A program made the translations under genes and the position numbers. From positions 1 through 64,000 of the forward strand of contig NIVC01002884.1 of assembly GCA_002269645.1 (NCBI GenBank): a DNA stretch of 64,000 nucleotides. The letters run 5' to 3'. A model generated the notes under the pieces. That model made no database searches, was not told the DNA's origin, and saw nothing but the letters and a program-made list of their open reading frames with translations. Shown here one piece after another: positions 12,513 through 25,807 of the stretch (positions are counted from its first letter, which is position 1; every line of letters begins with the position of its first letter). This DNA is from Macrostomum lignano (lineage: Eukaryota).

Positions 12513-12550
12513 CCTTGATCGTGATCAATTCCACCTTCCCCATTCCACAG

Positions 12551-13236
12551 GCGACAGCGGCGGCGGCCGTTTCGATGTGGATCCGGTCACCGGACGCCTC
12601 TTCGCCGCCAGGACTCTGGCCCCCAGCGACGCCGGGGTGTACCAGCTGCGCCTGTCAGTCAGAGACCGCGGCCAGCCGTCTCAGTCCACCGACATCGACC
12701 TTCGAGTTTCCCTGGTCGACCTGCCGCCGGAGAAGCCGAGGCCGGACCCGCAGTCGCCGCAGGTGCCGCAGCAGCCGCTTTCGACGTCGGCGGGTGGCCG
12801 AGGCAAGCAGAACTCGCTCGCCGATGGCAGCGGCGGCAGCGGCGGCGGTGTCGGTGGGAGTCTGGGAGGTCGCGGTCTGCTCCTGCTTGGCTGCCTGGCG
12901 ATTCCAGCCGCTGTCCTGGCCATTCTGTGCCTCATCTTGCTGCTCCTGGCCAAAGGGAAAAACAGACTTGGTCGGAGAGCTCCCGCTTCCACCACGAGTG
13001 GCGGCATCGGCGGCGGCGGCGGCGGCGGCGGCGACGGCGGCGGCAAACCGGACATCCGGTTGATTGTCGGCGGCCTGCCGATGTCTCACTTCGATTATCC
13101 GACATCGCCGACTGGAACTTCAGCCGCTGCGGTCGGGACGCCGACTTCAGCTGCTGCGACAGCGGCGGCGGCTTTCGGGCCCAAACTGCTTCTGGATTCG
13201 CCTGGTGGTGGCGGCGACGACTTCAAAACGGCGAGG
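12551..13236 (+). CDS. Protocadherin exon 4 (rest of EC7, TM helix, start of cytoplasmic tail)
   Basis: Acceptor TTCCACAG|GC completes the phase-1 Gly codon; RFDVDPVTGRL...VRDRGQP; hydrophobic LLLLGCLAIPAAVLAILCLILLLLA (about 12877-12951) followed by KGKNR; donor AGG|GTGAGT at 13237, phase 0. Confidence 0.9.
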
Positions 13237-13283
13237 GTGAGTCCGGGTGCCCAATGGATTTCAGCGGCTTCAATGACTTTCCA

Positions 13284-13550
13284 GGACTTCAGGGGTTTCA
13301 GAGACTTCATGGACTTCAGGAGTTTCAGAGACTTTGCAGGGACTTCAAAGGTTTCAGAGACTTCAGGGACTTCAGAGGTTTCAGAGACTTCAGGGACTTC
13401 AGGGATTTCAGAGACTTCAGGGAATTCAGGGTTTCAGAGACTTTAGGGACTTCAGGGGTTTCAGAGACTTCAGGGGTTTCAGAGACTTCAGGGACTTCAG
13501 GGGTTTCAGAGACTTCGGGGGTTTCAGAGACTTCAGGGACTTCAGGGGTT
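13284..13550. repeat. 9/18/27-bp minisatellite (GGGACTTCAGGGGTTTCAGAGACTTCA)n at the start of intron 4
   Basis: Tandem array starting about 45 bp after the donor; explains the SETSGT/FRDFRG ORFs. Confidence 0.9.
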
Positions 13551-14078
13551 TTTATAGGTTCAAGTGGCTCCACACGGGTGTCAAGGTGTCTTCGTGTGCC
13601 CCCTCCTTAACTGTGTTTCCAAGCGAGCCCGATAATTGTTGAGGCAAGTACGCCCCTTCCTTTAAGAATATTTTCTCCACCTTGAGCCAGTTGTCCTGCT
13701 TTTACCACCAGTAAGTTGCATTAGCAAGTACGCTATGAATAAAAATTCTCTTCAAAATCTCAATAAGTCTACAATACAATAAGACTATATAAGTAGCCCC
13801 ACTTGAATACCATATTCATATTTCTGATTACGCAACCCTATTGAGTAACCCTAATTCACTGTGACTATAATTTCTTTTATCAAATATGGCACATAAAATC
13901 ATTCTCTTCTTATCCAACTGAAGAAGACATTTCCGGCTGTAGCCACTTCCGGTCAGCCGAAAAGGTTGAGCTTTTAACAAGGAGACCCGGAGGTACCGAT
14001 TCTTCCTTTAAATTAAATACATTTCAAGATACGAACTGCCATCAGCGATTGTTGCGGAATGATGTTGTTGAAGGCGCT

Positions 14079-14155
14079 GCGCCAGGCTGCCTCCAGAAGG
14101 GTTGCGACTCGATCCAGGCTCTAGTTTAAGTCCTCCTTGATCTGCGACTGTATGA
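14079..14155. repeat. Dispersed repeat, copy 2
   Basis: High similarity to 11436-11515. Confidence 0.75.
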
Positions 14156-14657
14156 GAGAATTGAGAGGATTTGTAACGGACATCCGTGGTCTTCTTCCAC
14201 CTGTAATCCTGGCTAGCATTATCTCTTGGGTTGGGTCTTGCTTGTCTCTTCATTGGACAAAGAGAAAAAAATGTAGAAATTTCTATAAAATAGACAGAAC
14301 TGTGTGGGATTCTTGCCTTTTTTAACACAATGGACTGCCCCAACCCCACCCAGACGATTCACTCGGATAAATTCCTAGAATCGGATTTCAGAGCGTTTTT
14401 TCTCTCCCCATTCCGCCCCCAGTCCTTACCGATACTGAAAATCTGAAATAATCAGTGGCGCTTCTGTTAAAAATCTGAATGGCCCATTCTGCTCTGCGGC
14501 CACTTCTTTACCCACTTGGCATTGTCTCTCAGTGTAGCCCATTGTCTTACTTTGCTGCTTGGAGTGTGCATTGCTTGCTGCTAATGCATTTGCACCAGCC
14601 ATTTCCCGGCCCATCTCTCTGCTGTCCATTTTCTCTCGTGTCTGCTCATGTCCTCAC

Positions 14658-15191
<534 letters not shown>

Positions 15192-16267
15192 TACCTCATA
15201 CAGAACCGGAAAATGCCATTATAGCCATTCCACGGGCCAATCGTGAACAAACGCAGATCATTTCGAAAACAGTCGCTGGGCCACCCAGCTGCAAAGTCAG
15301 AATTTGCGCAGACAAAGAAGCCAATAAAAGCGAGCTGCAAAGATCGAACAAGACACGCAGGGACAGACTTGTTATCTTTTGAAAAAATCTGAGGCCCCAC
15401 TTCCGCTGCGGCGCAGTCAGATGGGGAATCCGCGATCCCCATCCCTGGCAGCAATCAGCCGAGCGGAATCCAGCTTCAATTTTCCCCCATTCGTGATCCC
15501 CATTTCAAAGTCCGAGAGGAGAGAGCCAGGGAGGCCCAGAAACAAAATCTGGAGTTAGCAGCTCACCATTTTCAGACAACTATTGGCTGACTGTTGTTCT
15601 TCAGTTTGTGTACGGAAACGATTTTAATAAATTAATTTGAAAAGTGGGAAAACGTCAGTTCATCGAAAACAAAGATTGCCTTGGAGTCGTGACTCCAGTG
15701 ACTCCAGACTGTAGTTTAAAGGCCTCCTTGATGGAGGAGAAATCCAACGGAAGCCGCCCCCAAGCCGCTTGCTGTCAGTTCAGTCGCTGACAGTTTCAAT
15801 TTGTTTAAAATCCCCCTATTCGCTCTTCCCCATCACTTTTGATGGGGTCCGCGGCTCGCCTGCCTTCTCGGCCAGAAATCCTGCAGCCCTTGCCCGTCGC
15901 TCTGCTCTCCCCGATCCCTGAGCGCCTGGATCGCGTGAATTCCGTTTTTTTCTCCCCTCACTTACTCCTCCCCGTCTCCCACTTAATCTGAACTTCACAG
16001 CTGGCCCCTGTCAGAATCCCGTCACTGGGCCCTTTGACTTCGATTTAGCTGGGTTAATTTTAGCAATTGTCTGCCTGTGCTCAGAGATCTGCTCTAATCA
16101 AGGGCAGTTGAAAATCTTTTAGTTTTTTTTCTAAACGCATTTTTTTATGTTCAGAAAGTTTTTGAACGGTAAAAAAATTCCCGTCACAGGAATTTCTAGT
16201 AGATTGAACTCCCTTTCAACTTGAGTTCCTCCTGGCTTTATTCCCCCCAAACAAGGTCACTTTAGAG

Positions 16268-16930
16268 TTTGAATTCCCCTTTAGAAAAAGCTTGAATTCC
16301 CCCTTAGAAAAATTTTGAATTCCCTTTAGAAAAAGCTTGAATTCCCATTAGAAAAAGCTTGAATTCCCCTTAGAAAAAGCTTGAGTTCCCATCAGAAAAA
16401 GCTTGAGTTCCCCTTAGAAAAAATCTTGAATTCCCCTTAGAAAAAGCTTGAATTCCCCTTAGAAAAAGCTTGAATTCCCCTTAGAAAAAGCTTGAGTTCC
16501 CCTTAGAAAAAATCTTGAATTCCCCTTAGAAAAAGCTTCATTTCCCCTCAGAAAAAGCTTGAGTTCCCCTTAGAAAAAATCTTGAATTCCCTTTAGAAAA
16601 AGCTTCATTTCCCCTCAGAAAAAGCTTGAGTTCCCCTTAGAAAAAATCCTGAATTTCACCTCAGAAAATGCTTGAATTCCCCTTAGAAAAAGCTTGAATT
16701 CCCCTTAGAAAAAGCTTGAATTCCCCTCAGAAAAAGCTTCATTTCCCCTCAGAAAAAGCTTGAATTCCCCTTAGAAAAAGCTTTAATTCCCCTTAGAAAA
16801 AAGCTTGAATTCCCCTTAGAAAAAGCTTGAATTCCCCTTAGAAAAAGCTTGAATTCCCCTTAGAAAAAGCTTGAATTCCCCTTAGAAAATGCTTGAATTC
16901 CCCTTAGAAAAAAGCTTGAACTCCCTTTAA
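16268..16930. repeat. 22-bp minisatellite (AGAAAAAGCTTGAATTCCCCTT)n
   Basis: About 30 copies; the unit contains adjacent AAGCTT and GAATTC palindromes. Confidence 0.95.
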
Positions 16931-17679
16931 AAATTAAAAATGTAAAAATTCCTGGTCATTTATTCTACATCAGCTTCATATTCGAATTTGTTTTGGCAGA
17001 CATGAAGATCAAGGAAAAAAGCAATTCCTTCATCAATCGATAGAAATCCCCAAATCCCTTTCCCGCCCATATTTGTCCCAACACTTCATACATCATTCTT
17101 ACTCTTAGGTCGAATCCATCAATCTTCTGTTCTTTATAATTTATCCAACCAAATAGTGTATAATCTAGACGGCTTATCTTCACTAATCCGCCCTCTTAGC
17201 TAAAGCTAATCTGCTTGCGTGGAGCGGAGTGGTGAGACACGAATGATAGCTATTGGGTCAAGTAGGCTATAAAAGAATCTCATCTTCTCCTAAGATACTT
17301 GTATAATAAGGCTATAGAAAGTAATTCACAGAGTGGCTGATCACGAAGGGAGCTGATAGCTAATAATTATTACCTATAATAAGATGCAAATATGCACAGA
17401 TCATGCATGACCGCGCACATGTCTGTCTTGACCGAATTAACCAAAATCTTCAATCATTTTACCGCCCTTTCGTTGCCAAGCATTCTGTTTGTATCGTTAT
17501 TATCAGGCTTACTCCAACTGTGCCTCTGATCTCTCCGCTGTCTTCTTAATTTCTGTCTGATTATAATTGCACTTGATTACTCCTGTGGCTGATCGTGCGC
17601 GGGCCTCCGTCCTGGCTGCGGCTGGACTGTCGTGTTGATTTGCCTTTTCTATCACTCTCGTCCTTCTCTTCTCTCCTCT

Positions 17680-18345
17680 CTCCTCCCCCTCTCCTTCTCC
17701 TCTCTCTCCCTCTCATTCTCCTCTCTCTCCCTCTCATTCTCCTGTCTCTCCCTCTCATTCTCCTCTCTCTCCCTCTCATTCTCCTCTCTCTCCCTCTCAT
17801 TCTCCTGTCTCTCCCTCTCATTCTCCTGTCTCTGCCTCTCATTCTCCTGTCTCTCCCTCTCATTCTCCTCTCTCTCCCTCTCATTCTCCTCTCTCTCCCT
17901 CTCATTCTCCTCTCTCTCCCTCTCATTCTCCTCTCTCTCCCTCTCATTCTCCTCTCTCTCCCTCTCATTCTCCTCTCTCTCCCTCTCATTCTCCTCTCTC
18001 TCCCTCTCATTCTCCTCTCTCTGCCTCTCACTCTCCTCTCTCTCCCTCTCATTCTCCTGTCTCTCCCTCTCATTCTCCTGTCTCTCCCTCTCATTCTCCT
18101 GTCTCTCCCTCTCATTCTCCTCTCTCTCCCTCTCATTCTCCTCTCTCTGCCTCTCATTCTCCTCTCTCTGCCTCTCATTCTCCTCTCTCTGCCTCTCACT
18201 CTCCTCTCTCTCCCTCTCATTCTCCTGTCTCTCCCTCTCATTCTCCTGTCTCTCCCTCTCATTCTCCTGTCTCTCCCTCTCATTCTCCTGTCTCTCCCTC
18301 TCATTCTCCTGTCTCTCCCTCTCATTCTTCTCTCTCTCTGCCTCT
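17680..18345. repeat. 21-bp pyrimidine minisatellite (CTCTCTCCCTCTCATTCTCCT)n
   Basis: About 31 copies; explains the LLSLPLI/RMRGRER ORFs. Confidence 0.96.
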
Positions 18346-18800
18346 CATTTTCCCTCTCTTCCCCCTCTCCCACTCCCAATCCAATATTTACCGGGTGTCA
18401 TTTAATTCTCGCATAAGTTAAAAGGCAGTCAAACGTTTAAAAAAGCAGAAAAATTCGCTACAACATTTCCCTATTTCTTTCTTCATCACATCTGAGGCCG
18501 CGAGTCTCGCGAGACTGTCTGTCTCTTATTTCTCGCTGTTTATCAAGCACGCAAGGCAAGCTTCTCGACTTTGGCCAGGGTTTGTCAAAGAGACAGAACC
18601 CAGCAGCACTGAATGAGGTAACGCGAGAGCCTGTCACGCATTTTCGAAAACCTCGTCTTGGCTAAGCGTTATTTGATTCGAAAATTTTCACCCAAATTTC
18701 CTTCGTCAACAACGTCTAGAAGACTAGGAGTAGCTTTAAAAATAAGTTGAAAGATACTCGTTAAAAAACTTGACTATTGCTCTCTGCACCGCCTCCGCAG

Positions 18801-18906
18801 CAGCAGCAGCACTGCCCTACTCTGCCCATGCCGCAGTCTGGGGAGGCGCAGCACAGGCCGCACACCCTGCTGAGACTGGGGGGCGGCCCAGATGCCAGCA
18901 ACGCCT
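18801..18906 (+). CDS. Protocadherin exon 5 (cytoplasmic)
   Basis: Acceptor CCTCCGCAG|CAG (phase 0, matches exon 4; neighbouring CAGs are alternative acceptors); QQQHCPTLPMPQ...HTLLRLGGG; donor T|GTGAGT at 18907, phase 1, matching exon 6. Confidence 0.72.
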
Positions 18907-18934
18907 GTGAGTCACTTCTGCTGATAAGATTCAA

Positions 18935-19610
18935 CCATCTCACTCCCTCACCCATCTCACTCCCTCACCCATCTCACTCCCTCACCCACCTCACTCCCTC
19001 ACCCACTCACTCCCTCACCCACCTCACTCACCATCTCACTCCCTCACCCACCTCACTCACCATCTCACTCCCTCACCCACCTCACTCACCATCTCACTCC
19101 CTCACCCACCTCACTCCCTCGATCACCCACCTCACTCCCTCGATCACCCACCTCACTCCCTCGATCACCCACCTCACTCCCTCGATCACCCACCTCACTC
19201 CCTCGATCACCCACCTCACTCCCTCGATCACCCACCTCACTCCCTCGATCACCCACCTCACTCCCTCACCCACCTCACTCCCTCAACTAACCTCACTCCC
19301 TCACCCACCTCACTCCCTCACCAACCTCACCCCCAAACCACCTCACTCCCTCGATCACCTACCTCACTCCCTCACCCACGTCACTCCCTCACCCACCTCA
19401 CTCCCTCACCCACCTCACTCCCTCACCCACCTCACTCCCTCAACTAACCTCACTCCCTCACCCACCTCACTCCCTCACCCACGTCACTCCCTCACCCACC
19501 TCACTCCCTCACCCACCTCACTCCCTCACCCACGTCACTCCCTCACCCACCTCACTCCCTCACCCACCTCACTCCCTCACCCACCTCACTCCCTCACCCA
19601 CCTCACTCCC
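18935..19610. repeat. C-rich minisatellite (CCTCACTCCCTCACCCA)n filling intron 5 up to the acceptor AG
   Basis: Array ends at ...CCTCACTCCC immediately before AG at 19611-19612. Confidence 0.93.
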
Positions 19611-19612
19611 AG

Positions 19613-20271
19613 ATTACCGCATCCCAGCATCCGATGAAGACAGCGGCGGATACGACAGAGGAGGCGGCGGCATCCGAAGGACTCCGGGTGATTCAGCGGC
19701 GACCATTGATGGACGACGGGCTGGCCGACGGGCAAGCAGTGGGCAAAGGCAGCAGCAGCCTCCAGCTTACCAGACTCTGATGCAGCATCAGCAGCAGCAG
19801 CAGCAGCAGCAGCCTCACATCCAGCAAGCCTCCGAGCAGCTCCAGACACTGGCTAGACCCCATCGGGGCTGGCCGCCAGTGCTGGACTGTCAGGCGTGGG
19901 GTGGAAGGTCCGTTGGCCACGGACACGAAAGCTGGAATTCCGGCCCCTCTGCTGGGGTTGACCCTGGTGGACCTGGTGGCAGGCTCACCGACATGCCCTC
20001 TGCACACTCACGCGGCGACGCGGTGGTGCAAGGCCCCTGTCCTATGGTGAGCGGGGCATTGACGGCTGGCTGTGCCATGTTGCAGTCAGACCGTTCCCGT
20101 AGGCCCATTGACCAGGTGACCCAGCGGGGCCGGCATCAACAACAACAACAACAGCAGCAGCAGCAGCAGCTTCATCAATCCAGCTTCCCAGTTAGCTCCC
20201 CAACGACTACCAGCAGACGATCGGACATGCAGAAGCGACAATTCCATTTGGTGAACTCTTCATTTGTATGA
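19613..20271 (+). CDS. Protocadherin exon 6 (terminal cytoplasmic exon, polyQ tracts, ends ...NSSFV*)
   Basis: Acceptor CTCCCAG|AT completes a Tyr codon; YRIPASDEDSGGYD...; in frame with ORF 19780-20271; stop TGA at 20269-20271. Confidence 0.8.
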
Positions 20272-20493
20272 TGCAGAATTTAAAAGGTGTGTACAAGCTG
20301 TAAGAACGTTTGAACAATTTGCGAACAAGAATACAATAATGTGTTGTACATGTGTGCCACGATTGGGTACATGTGTAGGCCAACTGAAATGATTCATTAT
20401 TTGCTACACTGTCTGTAAATAAACATACTTAACATTTGTAAAATTAAGCTTTGTGAAACTGCTTGCCTTTGCTTTTTTATTTGCAACGAATTA

Positions 20494-20850
20494 TGAGATT
20501 GAGCATAAATAGTGTGAGATTGAGCATAGATAGTGTGAGATTGAGCATAGTGTGAGATTGAGCATAGTGTGAGATTGAGCATAGATAGTGTGAGATTGAG
20601 CAAAGATAGTGTGAGATTGAGCATAGACACAGTGAGATTGAGCATAGACACAGTGAGATTGAGCATAGACACAGTGAGATTGAGCATAGACACAGTGAGA
20701 TTGAGCATAGACACAGTGAGATTGAGCATAGATAGTGTGAGATTGAGCATAGACACAGTGAGATTGAGCATAGAAACAGTGAGATTGAGCATAGACACAG
20801 TGAGATTGAATATAGATCAAGCGAGATTGAGCATATATCTAATTAGATTG
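20494..20850 (+). repeat. 21-bp minisatellite (GTGAGATTGAGCATAGACACA)n; left arm of an inverted pair
   Basis: Reverse complement of the array at 21465-22125. Confidence 0.93.
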
Positions 20851-21464
20851 AGCATGAATAGTGCAAGTTTGAGTCAGAGTATTTTCCTCGAAATCTGAGT
20901 GGAGAAGGCTCATAAAAATGTGAGAAAAATATCCATTTAATTGACGTTGAAGCAAAAGTCAGACGATCGGACCAATTAGTTATAAAAAAGTAGCAAAAAA
21001 TAGCGGAACTTGCAGTAGAAAAAGCCTGCAAAAAGAAGTCACACTTATTGCACAGTGCTGCCCCCCCCCCCAGCCATCAATAACCGCTGCAGACCCGGCT
21101 AATAACAGGAGGTGCCGCCGGGATTCGAAAGAATCAAAATAATAATAATGGCGGAGCGGCCCAGTCCGTATGGGGATGGCAATTATCGATTTTGAGAGAA
21201 TCTGACTCGCGCTGAAATCTGTGCAGTGGGCTGGGCTGGGAGCTGCGAAAGCAATTGATCAACTGATGATGATGGGGATTGGGGAGAGGCTGGGCTGCGG
21301 ATGGGGGAGGAGAGACGGGAAGTGGGAGAAGACGGGTAATTTCCTCACTCTCTGCACCACCCGGAGATGAGCTGGATACTCCCGCCCCGCCACCCCACTG
21401 GCGCAACCAGGCCCGAGTCAAGGAGCTCTGAGTATAACACCTGGACTGAACTGAACAACTTTTC

Positions 21465-22125
21465 ACTGCTCAATCTCACTTTGTCTGTGCTCAATCTCAC
21501 TGTGTCTATGCTCAATCTCACTGTGTCTATGCTCAATCTCACTGTGTCTATGCTCAATCTCACTGTGTCTATGCTCAATCTCACTGTGTCTATGCTCAAT
21601 CTCACTGTGTCTATGCTCAATCTCACTGTGTCTATGCTCAATCTCACTGTGTCTATGCTCAATCTCACTGTGTCTATGCTCAATCTCACTGTGTCTATGC
21701 TCAATCTCACTGTGTCTATGCTCAATCTCACTGTGTCTATGCTCAATCTCACTGTGTCTATGCTCAATCTCACTGTGTCTATGCTCAATCTCACTGTGTC
21801 TATGCTCAATCTCACTGTGTCTATGCTCAATCTCACTGTGTCTATGCTCAATCTCACTGTGTCTATGCTCAATCTCACTGTGTCTATGCTCAATCTCACT
21901 GTGTCTATGCTCAATCTCACTGTGTCTATGCTCAATCTCACTGTGTCTATGCTCAATCTCACTGTGTCTATGCTCAATCTCACTGTGTCTATGCTCAATC
22001 TCACTGTGTCTATGCTCAATCTCACTGTGTCTATGCTCAATCTCACTGTGTCTATGCTCACTCTCACTGTGTCTATGCTCAATCTCACACTATTTATGCT
22101 CAATCCCACACTTATCTATGCTTAA
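21465..22125 (-). repeat. 21-bp minisatellite (CTCAATCTCACTGTGTCTATG)n; right arm of an inverted pair
   Basis: About 31 near-perfect copies, reverse complement of the 20494-20850 unit. Confidence 0.96.
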
Positions 22126-22639
22126 TGTCACACTTTATACTCAGAGAATTCTTATAGAGTTCATTCCCAACAAAGTAAAAAAGTAGGTTTCCAATCTAGT
22201 TTGCTAACTTTAGTAGTCCACGGCATATAGCAGCAGCTGAAATTGCAGTGGGTCTGAAAATATTCTGCTAACCCTTACTGCAGGTCGAGTAACTTCCGCC
22301 AAAACTATGTATCAGTTGTAATCCTGCAGTTTTATCTTCAGCCAAAATATAACCGATTTTTTTCTGCCCGTAGACCCTTCTCAAGTCTGATCTCTATTCT
22401 AAAAGGGATAATTTTCCCATGAGAAAGATTAAGCGGTTTCAATAGCGTCAAGTGGGATTGTTTTATTTTCAGCAGTCTAAGACTAAGAAAGACTGCCTTG
22501 GTGCAGTTGAATAAACAAAGCAGATTTGTTGCATAGGACTGTCGTGCCGCTGTGTGCTGTAGAAACAGGTGGTAAGTAAGACTTTCTGAAGCTTGTGTTT
22601 ATTCAGCCGCTGTAGGGTTAAATACGCAGGATAGATTAC

Positions 22640-23245
22640 AAGTGTACATGATAGATCACAGGTGTACATGATAGATCACAGGAGTACATGATAGATCATA
22701 GGTGTACATGATAGATCACAGGTGTACATGATAGATCACAGGTGTACATGATAGATCATAGGTGTACATGATAGATCACAGGTGTACATGATAGATCACA
22801 GGTGTACATGATAGATCATAGGTGTACATGATAGATCACAGGTGTACATGATAGATCACAGGTGTACATGATAGATCACAGGTGTACATGATAGATCACA
22901 GGTGTACATGATAGATCACAGGTGTACATGATAGATCATAGGTGTACATGATAGATCACAGGTGTACATGATAGATCACAGGTGTACATAATAGATCACA
23001 GGTGTACATGATAGATCACAGGTGTACATGATAGATCACAGGTGTACATGATAGATCATAGGTGTACATGATAGATCACAGGTGTACATGATAGATCACA
23101 GGTGTATATGATAGATCACAGGTGTACATGATAGATCACAGGTGTACATGATAGATCATAGGTGTACACGATAGATCACAGGTGCACATGATCGATTACA
23201 GATGTACATGATAGATCATAGGTGTACATGATAGATCACAGGTAT
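22640..23245. repeat. 20-bp minisatellite (GGTGTACATGATAGATCACA)n
   Basis: About 30 copies with CACA/CATA variants. Confidence 0.96.
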
Positions 23246-23804
23246 ACTGATTGATAGATGGTGTGACCGCAATTGCAGGGTGTATCAATAGACGCTGGAC
23301 CACAATTCAATTCTGGCACAAAATACCACCCCGGAATCGAATTCAGATATGCCACTCATCCAATAAAAAGAATTTCACAAAAGCCAAAACTAAGGATTTG
23401 GTTCCGACTGAGTAAGACTGCCTCTGGCTCAAGTCTATAAATTGCAATAAAAAAGTTGAAGAGTCTTGTCGATCAGGAACTGTGAGACAAAGCTGAATCA
23501 CTTTTTGAAAAGATTTTTTATGACTGGCAAAGCATCTTTCACAGCTTAACTAACCATGAATGTTAGCTGCGGCACCTGCTCATGCCAATCTTATTTTGCC
23601 TCTGCTGGGCTGAAGATCAAGAAATTTTAGTGCAAATGTGATTTTTAAAGAGGCTGGGCAACTGTCTACACATGGGTTGGGATTTCCAGGCAACTGTAGA
23701 CGATCCTTTACCATTTGCTTGCTAAATTTATGTCCTCTTATGTAGAAAGCAAGTTTAGTTGTGCATTTTTTATCATTGGTCAAACTTAATTTAGACAGGT
23801 GAGA

Positions 23805-25512
23805 GTCAGGAGAGAATCCTGACATGATGATATCCGAATGAGAGTCAGGAGAATCCTGACATGATGATATCCGAATGAGAGTCAGGAGAGAATCCTGACA
23901 TGATGATATCCGAATGAGAGTCAGAGAATCCTGACATGATGATATCCGAATAAGAGTCAGAGAATCCTGACCTGATGATATCCGAATGAGAGTCAGGAGA
24001 GAATCCTGACATGATGATATCCGAATGAGAGTCAGAGAATCCTGACATGATGATATCCGAATGAGAGTCAGAGAATCCTGACATGATGATATCCGAATGA
24101 GAGTCAGAGAATCCTGACATGATGATATCCGAATGAGAGTCAGGAGAATCCTGACATGATGATATCCGAATGAGAGTCAGGAGAATCCTGACATGATGAT
24201 ATCCGAATGAGAGTCAGAGAATCCTGACATGATGATATCCGAATGAGAGTCAGAGAATCCTGACATGATGATATCCGAATGAGAGTCAGGAGAATCCTGA
24301 CATGATGATATCCGAATGAGAGTCAGGAGAGAATCCTGACATGATGATATCCGAATGAGAGTCAGGAGAGAATCCTGACATGATGATATCCGAATGAGAG
24401 TCAGAGAATCCTGACATGATGATATCCGAATGAGAGTCAGAGAATCCTGACCTGATGATATCCGAATGAGAGTCAGGAGAGAATCCTGACATGATGATAT
24501 CCGAATGAGAGTCAGAGAATCCTGACATGATGATATCCGAATGAGAGTCAGAGAATCCTGACATGATGATATCCGAATGAGAGTCAGAGAATCCTGACAT
24601 GATGATATCCGAATGAGAGTCAGAGAATCCTGACATGATGATATCCGAATGAGAGTCAGAAGAGAATCCTGACATGCTGATATCCGAATGAGAGTCAGGA
24701 GAGAATCCTGACATGATGATATCCGAATGAGAGTCAGGAGAGAATCCTGACATGATGATATCCGAATGAGAGTCAGAAGAGAATCCTGACATCCGAATGA
24801 GAGTCAGGGAGAGAATCCTGACATCCGAATGAGAGTCAGGGAGAGAATCCTGACATCCGAATGAGAGTCAGGAGAGAATCCTGACATCCGAATGAGAGTC
24901 AGAAGAGAATCCTGACATCCGAATGAGAGTCAGGGAGAGAATCCTGACATCCGAATGAGAGTCAGAAGAGAATCCTGACATCCGAATGAGAGTCAGGAGA
25001 GAATCCTGACATCCGAATGAGAGTCAGAAGAGAATCCTGACATCCGAATGAGAGTCAGAAGAGAATCCTGACATCCGAATGAGAGTCAGGGAGAGAATCC
25101 TCACATCCGAATGAGAGTCAGAAGAGAATCCTGACATCCGAATGAGAGTCAGGGAGAGAATCCTCACATCCGAATGAGAGTCAGAAGAGAATCCTCACAT
25201 GACATCCGAATGAGAGTCAGGACAGAATCCTGACATCCGAATGAGAGTCAGTAGAGAATCCTGACATCCGAATGAGAGTCAGGAGAGAATCCTGACATCC
25301 GAATGAGAGTCAGAAGAGAATCCTGACATTTGAATGAGAGTCAGTAGAGAATCCTGACATCCGAATGAGAGTCAGTAGAGAATCCTGACATCCGAATGAG
25401 AGTCAGAAGAGAATCCTGACATCCGAATGAGAGTCAGAAGAGAATCCTGACATCCGAATGAGAGTCAGAAGAGAATCCTGACATTTGAATGAGAGTCAGT
25501 AGAGAATCCTGA
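23805..25512. repeat. Two-domain satellite: 36-39 bp units to about 24790, then 31-32 bp units
   Basis: Long unit GAATCCTGACATGATGATATCCGAATGAGAGTCAG(GA)GA; the short unit lacks GATGATAT. Confidence 0.96.
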
Positions 25513-25728
25513 GAATTCGAATATGAATATGAGAAATCGTCTTCACCTAAACCAGATCCCAAGCTCAAAGCCCATATATCGTTAGCTAAGATTGATTGTT
25601 AAATCAACATTGACGGATTAACCAAGTCAGCTACATCAGATACATGTAAGCCTCAAAAAAGATTCTTCAGTCTGTCATCTGTCTTTCTAACTAGTGTACA
25701 CTTCCGGTGGATCAGTCGCACTACGGAT

Positions 25729-25730
<2 letters not shown>

Positions 25731-25804
<74 letters not shown>
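25731..25804. repeat. (GA)n microsatellite
   Basis: Direct reading. Confidence 0.98.

Positions 25805-25807
<3 letters not shown>

Noticed and set aside
17190-17460. Possible solo LTR (TATA-like and octamer motifs)
   Set aside because: No TG...CA termini, TSD or second copy identified.
17561-18416. 257-273 aa LLSLPLI / RMRGRER ORFs
   Set aside because: Translations of a 21-bp satellite.
21345-22125. 252-254 aa SMLNLTV / VRLSIDT ORFs
   Set aside because: Translations of a 21-bp satellite; the array is reported as a foldback arm instead.
22262-22292. Strong acceptor (CTAAC...CTGCAG) as an extra protocadherin exon
   Set aside because: It would add only VE* and needs a donor overlapping the natural stop; not supportable without cDNA.
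23580-24792. SDSHSDIIMSGF-repeat ORFs and a possible CRISPR-like look
   Set aside because: Tandem satellite with no unique spacers and no cas genes in a eukaryotic context.
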